64,000 nucleotides of DNA, taken from Chlamydiota bacterium (GTDB taxonomy: Bacteria > Chlamydiota > Chlamydiia > Chlamydiales > RGXB01). The stretch lies in contig VGMF01000005.1 of assembly GCA_016866475.1 (NCBI GenBank), positions 37,340 through 101,339 of the forward strand, in the 5' to 3' direction. Position 1 is the stretch's first letter. Each line of letters opens with the position of its first letter. The translations under genes were made by a program, and so were the position numbers. Shown in pieces: positions 1-9,163 of this stretch. The notes below the pieces were generated by a model. That model was not told the origin of the DNA. It saw only the letters and a program-made list of their open reading frames with translations, and did no database searches.

Positions 1-873
1 CATATAAAGGATCACAGGCATGCTCTGCACGTCGGCATGAGTTAAGACCAGGTCGATCGATTCAATCACCGAGTCGTAGGCCTCCATTTGAAATAAAAGT
101 ACGACCCGGTTGAAGGCGCTCGTATAGAGTCTGCTACCACGCATCGAAACAACTTCGGTGAATGTTTCGATCGCCGCCTTTGGGTTATAGACCGATTCTG
201 CTAACCCGGCGTGGAAAAGGAGCTCTTCCCTTTTGTCCTTGTATTTCCCGGCAAGCTTTTTGAATAATTCGGCCGATTTTTGTGGCTCATTTGTTTTTTT
301 ATAGATCTCCGCTAATGCAAATTGAGAAGGTTCTGCGTAACCAGACTTGATAAGCCTCTCGTAGATCTTTTTGGCTTCCTCTAGAAGCCCCATGGACTGG
401 GAGCCCTCTATTTCCATTGAACTACGAAAATACCCTTCGGCTACCAGGAATAGAAATTCCTCTTTACGTTCGTCGAATATTTCCGGATTAGAGAGATACT
501 TGGCACCCATTTTATAGATGTCTTCATATCGACTAAGCTCATACATACCTTGCAGGGCATTGACAAGAACTTTTTGTTGGATCTCGGTATCTTGGATAGA
601 TAGGTACGCATCTATCGCTTTTTCAAAGACGCGGTCTTTCAGATAGATGTCCCCTAATATCCCTTTAAGATAGTCTTTGAGCGTGGAATCGGGATACTTC
701 TCAAGAAATAGATAGATCTGCCTTTCAACAAGGGCGTAGTCTTGGTCTTTCCAGAACTCCGTAATACGGCGAACCATGAAAGCTTCCTCTTTATCCAACT
801 CATCCGCAGGTATTCCCTGCGAAAACAGAGCCATATGTGACACAATCGCACTAAAAAAGAGCCCGCGTTTCAT
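1..873 (-). CDS. TPR-repeat protein with N-terminal signal peptide (3-prime partial, runs off window start)
   Basis: Complement ATG at 871-873. Translation starts MKRGLFFSAIVSHMALFSQ (signal-peptide-like) followed by TPR-like helical repeats. The track ORF 654-851 is a different, wrong frame. No in-frame stop before the window edge. Confidence 0.55.
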   Translation of the reverse strand, partial: MKRGLFFSAIVSHMALFSQGIPADELDKEEAFMVRRITEFWKDQDYALVERQIYLFLEKYPDSTLKDYLKGILGDIYLKDRVFEKAIDAYLSIQDTEIQQKVLVNALQGMYELSRYEDIYKMGAKYLSNPEIFDERKEEFLFLVAEGYFRSSMEIEGSQSMGLLEEAKKIYERLIKSGYAEPSQFALAEIYKKTNEPQKSAELFKKLAGKYKDKREELLFHAGLAESVYNPKAAIETFTEVVSMRGSRLYTSAFNRVVLLFQMEAYDSVIESIDLVLTHADVQSMPVILYM

Positions 874-978
874 CCTTCATCCCTTTATAGCTATACTTAC
901 TTGATTTCTAATCGTTTAAGAAAAAAATTTAAATAAAAAATTGCTTGTGATTGAAAAAAAAAGGGCGAATCTTCAGAT

Positions 979-1995
979 TCAGATTTTTTTTAGATAGGCG
1001 TTGTAGGAGTCAATAAGTTCGAAGGAGAGGTGGACATTGATATTTTTTAATGTCGAAAATATCTCGAGTCCTTGGGCAGTCATACCCAGAAAGAAATAGA
1101 TCTTTCCAACTCTTAAAAGGATATTCTCATCAAAAGCGCGTAAAGACAAATAGCGGATTAATGTCTCCAGCTCCTGTTTTTTATCCCCTAGAGCTTCGTA
1201 GCAATTTGCGAGTTCCAAAAGTGCCCAAGGCTCATCTGCATTAGAAGCTAGACCAATTTTAAGCTCTTCCATCGCAAGCAAAAGAGAGGCGTCCACCCTT
1301 TTTTGCCTTTTTTCTGTTTGAATGATTTTTCTTACGACCCAGTATCTGCTCAGCGGCTCCTTCAGGGGAGATTGATAGAGACGATACATCCCCAAGTAGG
1401 ATTTGGCCAAAGATAGATGCGTCGTTGAATTAAGGGGGTCTTTTTTGATTTTTTCGATGTGTTCCTGGATGGAGGCATACATCAAAAGCTCTTGCATTTT
1501 CTCGACATCCTTGAATTTCATCAGTCGGATAAGCGAGGAGATAGTGCCAAGATTTTGGAGATAAAATTGATTTTTTGAAAGCTTGTCGGTAAGACTTTCC
1601 GCTGCTTTTGCCAAAAAAAGATGCTCTTCCTGGTTGGGCTTAAGCTCCTCAATTTCCTTTCTGCACGCCTGAATAAAAAATCGGCGCAGATCCTGGAAGT
1701 CCTGGGGTTTTTTAGCCTGATAGTAAAATAAAAGAATAAGATAAGAAAAAAGGGTCAGTATCCAAGAAAAAAGGAGTCCTGCCACATAGGGAGATTTCGG
1801 GCTGTAGATCAATAGGCTTAAAAACAGCACCGTTTGGAGTGTAAGTAGGCTGATGCATGAGGAGTGGAAAATAAGATGAAAACTCGAGAGTTTTTCGAAC
1901 CGCTCGCAAAAAACGACCTCTTCTTCAAGACTATCCATAGGATCGAGAAGCTCCAACGCGTCTTCAAATGTGGTGTAAGAGGTAGCTAGGGCCAT
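979..1995 (-). CDS. hypothetical membrane protein with TPR-like C-terminal region
   Basis: 338-aa ORF with two N-terminal hydrophobic helices (LLTLQTVLFLSLLIY, LLFSWILTLFSYLILLF). The rest is helical and repeat-like (ANCYEALGDKKQELETLIRY). No family assigned. Confidence 0.5.
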   Translation of the reverse strand: MALATSYTTFEDALELLDPMDSLEEEVVFCERFEKLSSFHLIFHSSCISLLTLQTVLFLSLLIYSPKSPYVAGLLFSWILTLFSYLILLFYYQAKKPQDFQDLRRFFIQACRKEIEELKPNQEEHLFLAKAAESLTDKLSKNQFYLQNLGTISSLIRLMKFKDVEKMQELLMYASIQEHIEKIKKDPLNSTTHLSLAKSYLGMYRLYQSPLKEPLSRYWVVRKIIQTEKRQKRVDASLLLAMEELKIGLASNADEPWALLELANCYEALGDKKQELETLIRYLSLRAFDENILLRVGKIYFFLGMTAQGLEIFSTLKNINVHLSFELIDSYNAYLKKI

Positions 1996-2129
1996 AGTGC
2001 TTTTTTTTGTTTTAGATCCATTTGTTTACTGCATATATATTTTAAAAATCAATGATATTTTTACCTAAAATGGACCCTATCTTTCGAGACAAAATAATTT
2101 ATAAACTTATAATTAAAGGTTGATTAAGA

Positions 2130-2579
2130 TCAGCTGCAGCCGCAAGCTCCATAGCTCATATACTTCACCACCGAATCCGCCACACCTTTTCTGCACAGAG
2201 TTTTGCAATCCTGTTTTGTGAGGGCGAATTGGCTGTCGGATTCTTTAAGATAGCTGATGATCTGTTCGGGGGGGACATTCTGCTTTGATAAATTAACGAC
2301 GTCTTGAATGTTGAGAGGTTCGTTATTCATTAGTTTTTGGGACAGACCCGGGTAGTCGTTGTCGATCTCTTGTTGCTTTTGTTTTTGATCTGCAGCATTT
2401 CCAATAAGGCCTCCTAAAATAGCACCTGCTGCTCCCCCTATAGCTGCCCCTTCCCAACCGCCCGCAAGACCGCCAATGAGAGCTCCGCCACCACCACCGA
2501 CCAATGCGCCGGTCCCTGTATTTGTAGAGCAACTTACCAGACTCAGGACAAGGAGAGATGAAATAAGGGTTTTTTGCAT
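2130..2579 (-). CDS. glycine-zipper lipoprotein (17-kDa surface antigen-like)
   Basis: Lipobox LVSC after a signal peptide. A Gly-rich GxxxG zipper segment follows (GALVGGGGGALIGGLAGG...). C-terminal CGCS. Confidence 0.6.
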   Translation of the reverse strand: MQKTLISSLLVLSLVSCSTNTGTGALVGGGGGALIGGLAGGWEGAAIGGAAGAILGGLIGNAADQKQKQQEIDNDYPGLSQKLMNNEPLNIQDVVNLSKQNVPPEQIISYLKESDSQFALTKQDCKTLCRKGVADSVVKYMSYGACGCS

Positions 2580-2693
2580 AATTACCTTCGACCTTTATTT
2601 TCTCATATACAAAAGGGGATTATTTTTAAACCCGGAACAAAACAGTTTAAAATAAGAGTCACTTTAGGAGATCAGGCTTACTGCCTTTAAAAT

Positions 2694-2721
2694 AAAAAAG
2701 AGGGATTTATCCCTCTTTTTT
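2694..2721. terminator. bidirectional rho-independent terminator
   Basis: Hairpin aaaaaGAGGGAtttaTCCCTCtttttt flanked by an A-run and a T-run, 10 nt downstream of the response regulator stop on the minus strand. Confidence 0.6.
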
Positions 2722-2730
2722 ATACTTTGT

Positions 2731-3486
2731 CTAGACCAGAGCCTCTTCTAGCTCTTCTACATCGTAGGACATCGTATCCTCGTAGGAGGTGTCGTTGGCA
2801 TCCCCTTTGAATCGGTAGCCTACCCCTCTTACGGTATCGATCCACTTAAAATTCGGGCCGAGTTTGCGACGCAATGCAGCGATGTGCACGTCTATATTAC
2901 GATCCACTACAAAAGAATCATCGTTATGAATGTCGTCCAAAAGCTGGTTTCTTGTGAGCACTCTGCCTCGATTCGTGAGTAATCTTTTGAGGATTCCGAA
3001 CTCGGAAAGGGTGATGGTGATCACTTTATCTTTTTTACGCAGCAAGTAACGGTCTACTTCCAGTGTAAATTCTCCGAAAGAGAGGATTTTTGGCGATTTT
3101 TCGGACTCTTTTCCACGTCTGAGGACTGCGCGGATACGGGACATCAGCACTTTTGGGGAAAAAGGTTTGAGAATGTAATCATCCGCACCAAGTTCAAGCC
3201 CTAAAAGGATGTCGAGCTCCTCGTCTTTAGCTGTTAATATAATCACCGGTATAGATTTGAGTTCCGGTGTGCTCTTTATTTTTCGGCAAACATCATATCC
3301 ATTTTGTCCGGGAAGCATGATGTCGAGAAGCACTAAATCAGGCTTTTCTCTTTCTACGGCACGAAATCCGTTGATACCATCGACCTCAACGTGCAGTTTG
3401 AATCCCGAGAGCTCGGCTTGTAATTTGATTAGAGCTGCGATATCCTCTTCATCCTCGATCAGTAGAATGCGTTTCTTCTGACTCAT
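2731..3486 (-). CDS. OmpR/PhoB-family two-component response regulator (receiver plus winged-helix DNA-binding domain)
   Basis: Receiver motifs EDEEDIA and the LVLLDIMLPG phospho-Asp region, with TAKDEELD. C-terminal winged helix with TVRGVGYRF. No adjacent kinase. Confidence 0.85.
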   Translation of the reverse strand: MSQKKRILLIEDEEDIAALIKLQAELSGFKLHVEVDGINGFRAVEREKPDLVLLDIMLPGQNGYDVCRKIKSTPELKSIPVIILTAKDEELDILLGLELGADDYILKPFSPKVLMSRIRAVLRRGKESEKSPKILSFGEFTLEVDRYLLRKKDKVITITLSEFGILKRLLTNRGRVLTRNQLLDDIHNDDSFVVDRNIDVHIAALRRKLGPNFKWIDTVRGVGYRFKGDANDTSYEDTMSYDVEELEEALV

Positions 3487-3867
3487 GTGAATCCTTCTTC
3501 TTTAGCTTGGAACTGTTTTTTCTCTTTTGAAAAACGAAGGTTTTTCTAGAGTGTTTGTTTTAATATTCAAAATGATTCCCCCCGGAATTTTGGGATGCGG
3601 GGGGTACAACATAATCTATAAAGCTGGCCAGTCTTTGATTTATTTTTTTTGATCCCACTTCCTGTAAAAATGTTTCGTTGAGGTCAAAACTTGGGTAATG
3701 CTGTTGGTTTGATACAAAAACACGCACCCGAGGCGGGTTCTTTTTGCGCATCCTTATACAACGATTTCCCAAAATTAACCCCTTACTGCATCTGGAGTGT
3801 CTTAGTTAAAAATAAATCCCATAAGCGGGCACAAATAGTGTTATCTATTTTTCTGGTTTAAAGAGGA

Positions 3868-4608
3868 TTATACATGCCGAGCATCTTTTTTTAAAAGATT
3901 ATTTATTGGATTTTTTTGTAACATGTGAAGAAATTTTGGGCAATGGCGTGTGGTTACAAAAAGATCTTCATTAAGATCGCCTTTTGCATACAAACCTGAG
4001 TGCCTACATATCTCTTGGGCAAATCGTAGCGAAGGATTCATCATCTTTGCATAAGGGAACAGGGTTGATAAAAAAGACTCAATGTGGGGAAAATGGGTAG
4101 AGGCCAACAAGATTGTATCGGGTGCAAATAAGACCACCTCTTTGAGTTGTTCAAGAAAGATCTCCTCGTCCTTTAAACCCGATTCTATCATTTGAATCAG
4201 GTTTTGCAAATCGAACCCTTGGATTCTAGTATATCCTTTTTCCGAAAACAGATTCTGATAAAATCCGGTGTTTATGGTAGCTGAACTCCCTAGAATCGCA
4301 ACAGACTCACGAGCTAACGACTCTAAAACCATTTTTTTTGTTACTGACGAGATCAACCCAAAGCTGTTCGGTTGGGTTTGTAAAGCGACCGAAGCTGTGT
4401 GGCAGGCTATGTAAATTTTTTCCAGACAAAAAGTTTCGAGCCCTTTTTGTGCGGCAAAGACAGCGTCTTGAATCTCGTCTTGATTTTTGGTGCCGTAGGG
4501 GAAATTTTTATTATCGGCAAGATAGATAATGCGTAGATCTGGGGATACCCTTTTCACCTCATTAAGAACTGTCAATCCCCCCACGCCTGAATCTAAAAGG
4601 CAGATCAT
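3868..4608 (-). CDS. murI: glutamate racemase
   Basis: DSGVGGLTV N-terminal motif, PYGTK, and catalytic Cys contexts IACHTAS and ASTHFP. Confidence 0.75.
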   Translation of the reverse strand: MICLLDSGVGGLTVLNEVKRVSPDLRIIYLADNKNFPYGTKNQDEIQDAVFAAQKGLETFCLEKIYIACHTASVALQTQPNSFGLISSVTKKMVLESLARESVAILGSSATINTGFYQNLFSEKGYTRIQGFDLQNLIQMIESGLKDEEIFLEQLKEVVLFAPDTILLASTHFPHIESFLSTLFPYAKMMNPSLRFAQEICRHSGLYAKGDLNEDLFVTTRHCPKFLHMLQKNPINNLLKKDARHV

Positions 4609-5234
4609 TTGGGAACTCTGATTTCCTGGCCCACAAGGATCAGGTCATTGTGCAGCTGATTTATTTTTTTGATCTGTTCAGGTGTAGTTCCAAATAGTCT
4701 AGCGATCTTTTCTATCGAATCACCCGCTTTCACCCTGTAGAATGCGATTTCATTCGATTCTTCTCTAAACTCTTTTATACTTTTTTTGATACGGCCAAGT
4801 TCTTGCACGGATTCATTTTGGGATTGGAAAAATTTTTCCACCTCCTGGAACTTCTGTTTATACAGACCCACAGCTTTTGCAATTTCTTTTGATTCTATGT
4901 CGATCCGGTCAAAACGCTTGATAAGATGATCCAATGTCCGTTCGATTTCTAAAATCTTTTTTTCCGTTAAAGTAGCATTGTCGAGCGATCGCCCCCCGAT
5001 TTTCCCCGGATGGTCCTGCGCGTGCAAATAGCTCAGATCTTCGTCGTGATTTAAAATTCTCCCCTCCAAAATGCCAACTTCGATTTGGTAGGCCTTCATC
5101 TCATGCTTCAGGTCCTCAATCTCGTTTTTTAGCTTTTGAACACTAAATTCCATTTGTTGTTTATCGGATCTTTGGGAGACAACCAAGTTAGAACAGGAGG
5201 CAAATAGGGCAAATAAAGGGGCAAACCGCTTCAT
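4605..5234 (-). CDS. LysM-domain coiled-coil lipoprotein
   Basis: Signal plus lipobox FASCS. Central coiled-coil region. C-terminal LysM (YRVKAGDSIEKIARLFGTTPEQIKKINQL...LILVGQEIRVP). Overlaps murI by 4 nt, so operonic with tol-pal. Confidence 0.7.
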   Translation of the reverse strand: MKRFAPLFALFASCSNLVVSQRSDKQQMEFSVQKLKNEIEDLKHEMKAYQIEVGILEGRILNHDEDLSYLHAQDHPGKIGGRSLDNATLTEKKILEIERTLDHLIKRFDRIDIESKEIAKAVGLYKQKFQEVEKFFQSQNESVQELGRIKKSIKEFREESNEIAFYRVKAGDSIEKIARLFGTTPEQIKKINQLHNDLILVGQEIRVPK

Positions 5235-5933
5235 CTAGGACCTCTGTTGGAAGATTTTGAATTCTACGCGCCGGTTTTTGGCAAACGATTCTTTTGTCCC
5301 CCCTTTCGTAACGGGTCTTTCTTTTCCGAAAGAAACTGTGTGAATCTGCTCCGATTCTACTCCTGCCTTGATCAAAAGGCTACGGATGAATTGGGCTCTT
5401 CTGGTGCCTAAAGCGAGGTTGTAGGCTTCAGAGGCCCTTTGATCGCAGTGTCCCTCTACGCTCAGGTACACATGGGGATTTTTCTTCATATACGAGGCGA
5501 TTCTGTTGATCACTTGGTAGTACTCTTTTTGTGACAGGACATGCTCGTCGGTATTGAAGTATACTGTGGAAAAAATGGAGGCAAGCGTTGTGGAGGGTTT
5601 AGAGAATTGCTCCGCATTATAAGCTCCCCTTTTTTGGGGTGTGCGCATCTCTTTGGAGTGGGGGTATGATTCGTCCATGTACTGGCTGGAGAGGTCCTGG
5701 TCTTTGAGAGGGATAAATTCTTCCTCGGCAGATTGGTAGATCTCTTGAGAGGTCGCTACGATCCTTGATTCTTCTTCGATCAAGCCTAAATAAGCGAGTC
5801 CCTGCTTTGTATAGGACCTTGTCGCCATTTTCGTCTCTTCCCATGCATCATAAAGGGTGCTGGTGCAGCTCGCAAGTACGAAAAAAACGAGCGGATAGAA
5901 TTTTTTCATATGGTTTCTCATCTTTGTTCCCAT
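5235..5933 (-). CDS. pal: peptidoglycan-associated lipoprotein (OmpA-family)
   Basis: Lipobox LASC. OmpA-like C-terminal domain motifs NTDEHVL, GHCDQRASEAYNLALGTRRAQ and NRRVEF. Sits immediately downstream of tolB. Confidence 0.8.
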   Translation of the reverse strand: MGTKMRNHMKKFYPLVFFVLASCTSTLYDAWEETKMATRSYTKQGLAYLGLIEEESRIVATSQEIYQSAEEEFIPLKDQDLSSQYMDESYPHSKEMRTPQKRGAYNAEQFSKPSTTLASIFSTVYFNTDEHVLSQKEYYQVINRIASYMKKNPHVYLSVEGHCDQRASEAYNLALGTRRAQFIRSLLIKAGVESEQIHTVSFGKERPVTKGGTKESFAKNRRVEFKIFQQRS

Positions 5934-7261
5934 GAGGGGAAATGGGAAATCCCATCCCCTGTGGGTATTTTTACAGGTTTTTGCTTTACAATATCAATAG
6001 TATAAATTTGGGATTCCTTTCCTGTTGTATTGTAAACTAAATGGATGCTATCGGGCGCCCATGAGGGATTTTCCTTATCGAGGGGGCCTGTTGTAAGAGG
6101 CACCTCAATTTTTTTATCCAGATCGAGGATCCAAATTTGCCGATATCCTTCACTCAAAGCACTGAATGCAATTTTTTTTCCGTCAGGAGACCAAGAGGGG
6201 CACGTGCACTCTTTGTGATTGGTTGAGAGTAATTTTACAGGCGGTATTTTTTTTGACCGGATAGCATCGACGATCTCTAAAATGTAAATTTTGGGGGATC
6301 CCTCTTTGTCCGAAACAAAAGCAAGTTTAGAGCCGCAAGGGGAAAAGGCGGGCGAGGCTTGGATCGACTGATTTTGTGAAAAGAGTTGTATAGGCTTCCC
6401 TAGAACCCCTTTTTCTGGATGTAATTGTTGAAAAAAAAGATCTGTTTTTCCCGAAGCATCGCAAATAAAAGCGATCTTGTCTCCACGTAAGCTCAAAGCA
6501 GGCAATAACTGATTTCCTCTTAGAGAAAGAAGCGGGGTGGAGATGTGCGATAGGGAATTGCCTTTAAAGATTTTAGGCTGCCCCTTTTCGTAGGAGACAA
6601 AAACGTAATCGTACCCTTCCCCTTTTTTTGAGTTAGGGATCATGATAGGGGTGATGAGATAATTTTGGGAGGAGGTGATTTTTTTTAAGTTGTGGCCGTC
6701 TTGTTGTACCTCGTAAATGTCGGAGATCCAATCACCGTCAATATCTTCGGTTTTTTTGCAAAAGAGGATTTTAGTGCTTGCTATCCCCTCCTGCTGGAAA
6801 ATTTTTTTGTGAACTAGATCAAAAACCTGATGGATCTTTTGCCTATCTTCAACAAGGTTCCCCCCCAAATCGACTTTGCCTACCAGGTGCGTTTGGTGAA
6901 ATCTTGGTTCATAGAGCTTTACAGTCAGGTTTTTTCCTTCAAATTTGGGCAGAAGGACAAAATCGGAAGAAAAAGCGGCCAATTCTTTCGAGGGGTTTTT
7001 CATAGGCCCACTCACAAGAGGCTCTATATCAATTTTACCCATAGTGAGATCCAAATGGAACGATGCGTCTATATCGTCTTTGAGGATTTCCAGGATCGAT
7101 TCTTTATAATTTGCGCCCCACTCACCGATAGAAGAGCAGTCGGAAAAATAGAGCGAGGGCAACGATTTGACAGTTTCTAATGGGACAACAATCGGCGGGG
7201 TTTTTGATGTAGAAAGCAAAAACATAGGGAGAAGCATTGCAAAAAAAAGAGGGTTTCTCAT
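5918..7261 (-). CDS. tolB: Tol-Pal system beta-propeller protein TolB
   Basis: Signal peptide. Repeated SPDG/WSPDGKKIAF beta-propeller blades. Position between tolA-like gene and pal. Confidence 0.85.
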   Translation of the reverse strand: MRNPLFFAMLLPMFLLSTSKTPPIVVPLETVKSLPSLYFSDCSSIGEWGANYKESILEILKDDIDASFHLDLTMGKIDIEPLVSGPMKNPSKELAAFSSDFVLLPKFEGKNLTVKLYEPRFHQTHLVGKVDLGGNLVEDRQKIHQVFDLVHKKIFQQEGIASTKILFCKKTEDIDGDWISDIYEVQQDGHNLKKITSSQNYLITPIMIPNSKKGEGYDYVFVSYEKGQPKIFKGNSLSHISTPLLSLRGNQLLPALSLRGDKIAFICDASGKTDLFFQQLHPEKGVLGKPIQLFSQNQSIQASPAFSPCGSKLAFVSDKEGSPKIYILEIVDAIRSKKIPPVKLLSTNHKECTCPSWSPDGKKIAFSALSEGYRQIWILDLDKKIEVPLTTGPLDKENPSWAPDSIHLVYNTTGKESQIYTIDIVKQKPVKIPTGDGISHFPSWEQR

Positions 7262-7327
7262 GAAGAAGATCCTCCTGTAGAATTTTTTTTCACATCCATT
7301 TTATGGGTAGAATAAAGAAATACTGTC

Positions 7328-8029
7328 TTAGTTTCCAGTACAAAGATGCAGGCTCAGCTCTAGGGGCTCATTTGCATCAAAAGGGGGGAAGACCATTTTC
7401 TCTAACGCAGTTGCGACAATTTTAGCATTCAAGGGGCTCTTTGAACTAATTTCAAGGATAGTTTCTACGAGTCCGTTGGGAAGAACCTGGATCACTACAT
7501 CAACGCTTTCAGGATCGACGAGCCTTAAAGCTTTTTGTAGAATTTGAACCACTTGCGTTTCGTAGGGGATAGAATCTTTCAAGTCTGTTGCATATTCAAA
7601 CCCCACAAAAAGATCTTTTGGGGACTCTTTAAAAGAGGTTTCAATTTTTTTAAGATCTCTTTCGAGTTCTTGAATCCGTTTCATCGGGCTCTTTTTTTCT
7701 TGAGCTGGTGCTTGTGGTTTCTTTACTTGAGGGGCGTTTTTTATCCCCTTTTTTTCTTGAACCGGTACTTTTTTTTCAGGAGCCCTACCCTTTTTTTCAA
7801 GGGGGGATTTTTCCTTTAAAACAATAGGGTTTTTGCTATTTAAATGGGTGGTGTGGACACGCATTTTTTGTTTGGGTCGTGACGGAAAAGAAAAAGTGGA
7901 GCTGAAAGAGAACAATAGCAAAACCAATAGGTGTACCTGAAGGGTCCTTTTAAGAGCGATTTTTTTTGGACTATCCTTCGGGTTGGACCACAAGATCCAT
8001 CTCTTCAAATCCTGCTTGTTCCAGCGCAT
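7328..8029 (-). CDS. TolA/TonB-like protein (N-terminal TM, Pro/Lys-rich linker, TonB_C-like C-terminus)
   Basis: TM helix VHLLVLLLFSF. Lys/Pro-rich low-complexity linker (KKVPVQEKKGIKNAPQVKKPQAPAQEKK). Globular C-terminal domain. Location between tolR and tolB. The true start may lie downstream of the track start, which overlaps tolR. Confidence 0.55.
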   Translation of the reverse strand: MRWNKQDLKRWILWSNPKDSPKKIALKRTLQVHLLVLLLFSFSSTFSFPSRPKQKMRVHTTHLNSKNPIVLKEKSPLEKKGRAPEKKVPVQEKKGIKNAPQVKKPQAPAQEKKSPMKRIQELERDLKKIETSFKESPKDLFVGFEYATDLKDSIPYETQVVQILQKALRLVDPESVDVVIQVLPNGLVETILEISSKSPLNAKIVATALEKMVFPPFDANEPLELSLHLCTGN

Positions 8030-8381
8030 GTTTCACATTCAAATAGGTTCCAAAAGAGGAGTTCTTGTCCTGGTAAAGCTCCGGAATCTCCTCATGGAAT
8101 GATTTTTTTAGTTCGTCTAGTACGCCCGGCAGCTGTTTCAGTGTCACCGGCGTATCGTTGATTTTAATTTGACCCGTTTTTTGGACAAAAATACGGATCC
8201 TCCTTTTTTCCCTTTGCCCGGTTGCCTCCACCCCTTTTTGGGCCAAATGGATCGATTCGATGTCCAAAAATGGGGAGATAACAATAAACAACACAAGGAC
8301 TGTGAAAAGAACATCAATGAGGGGGGTAAGGTTGATTAGGTCTGTTTCTTCGGCTATTTGGTCGAGAAAGCGTTTTCGCAT
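7971..8381 (-). CDS. tolR: ExbD/TolR biopolymer transport protein
   Basis: 136 aa, N-terminal TM (INLTPLIDVLFTVLVLFIV) typical of ExbD/TolR. Immediately downstream of tolQ. Confidence 0.8.
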   Translation of the reverse strand: MRKRFLDQIAEETDLINLTPLIDVLFTVLVLFIVISPFLDIESIHLAQKGVEATGQREKRRIRIFVQKTGQIKINDTPVTLKQLPGVLDELKKSFHEEIPELYQDKNSSFGTYLNVKHALEQAGFEEMDLVVQPEG

Positions 8382-8385
8382 CCGG

Positions 8386-9084
8386 TCAATCCCTTCGATA
8401 TCCCATCTCTATCTCGTGCACGAGTAGAGCGCAAAAAGAGCCCATCGATAGAGTCATTTCTTTTGCTTTCGATTTCAAGTAATTGTAGCCTATGAGCGCC
8501 GGTATTGCTATTAAAAGGCCTATTACCGTAGTGGCCAGAGCGGTCGAAAGGCCACCCATCACAACCTGGTTCGAAAGGGCTGATACACCTTTTCCAAGAC
8601 CTGTAAGGCTGACGAGCAAGCCCCAAACGGTCCCTAAAATTCCTAAAAATGGGGCCAACGATATGGAGGTAGAGAGGATGAAAAGGTTTTTATCCAAATC
8701 TTTGCTGTTCTGCAAAACTTTTTGATCCAAATAGTTCTCCAGCATCTCCACATCGGATCTGGTTAAAAAATTTTCCTCTACCCTATCGAGCTGGCGATTA
8801 CGCTCCAATAGGTCGATCGTGCATTTTTTAAAATGTTTGTAGAGGGAAAACATCGGATTGGAGGTGAGGGTTTCCAAAATGGATTTTTCTAGAATCGGAT
8901 GCTCTTTTTTTTCAAAATTGACAAGAAAATTTTGCATCTCTTTTTCCAGCTTACCAAACTGGCGAGCTTTAAAAATCAAAATAAACCAGGAGAGGAACGA
9001 GAGTGAAAAAAGGAGCAAAAAAATGATTTTCCCGAAACCGTCGGAATCCTTAAATGCGCTGACAAAAATGTAGATGGATGTCAT
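8386..9084 (-). CDS. tolQ: MotA/TolQ/ExbB proton-channel protein
   Basis: 232 aa with three TM helices. C-terminal TolQ-like motif GLLVSLTGLGKG...TALATTVIGLLIAIPALIGYNYL. Confidence 0.8.
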   Translation of the reverse strand: MTSIYIFVSAFKDSDGFGKIIFLLLFSLSFLSWFILIFKARQFGKLEKEMQNFLVNFEKKEHPILEKSILETLTSNPMFSLYKHFKKCTIDLLERNRQLDRVEENFLTRSDVEMLENYLDQKVLQNSKDLDKNLFILSTSISLAPFLGILGTVWGLLVSLTGLGKGVSALSNQVVMGGLSTALATTVIGLLIAIPALIGYNYLKSKAKEMTLSMGSFCALLVHEIEMGYRRD

Positions 9085-9163
9085 AATTATCTCGTTTAGG
9101 GATCGGTAAATTTTTTGTCATAGAGAGTTTACTTGTTATCCAACCTACTGATTTAGAGGCTAC

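Noticed and set aside
654-851. 65-aa minus-strand ORF from the track
   Set aside because: It lies in a different frame inside the longer signal-peptide TPR gene (complement 1-873) that runs off the window, so it is an artefact of the edge.
2323-2532. 69-aa Arg/Trp-rich ORF overlapping the lipoprotein gene
   Set aside because: Alternative-frame reading of the GC-rich Gly-zipper coding segment; low-complexity, no start context.
5617-5844. 75-aa ORF inside pal
   Set aside because: Out-of-frame overlap with a well-supported OmpA-family CDS.
6778-7180. Two plus-strand ORFs (75 and 116 aa) inside tolB
   Set aside because: Antisense to a conserved gene, no motifs.
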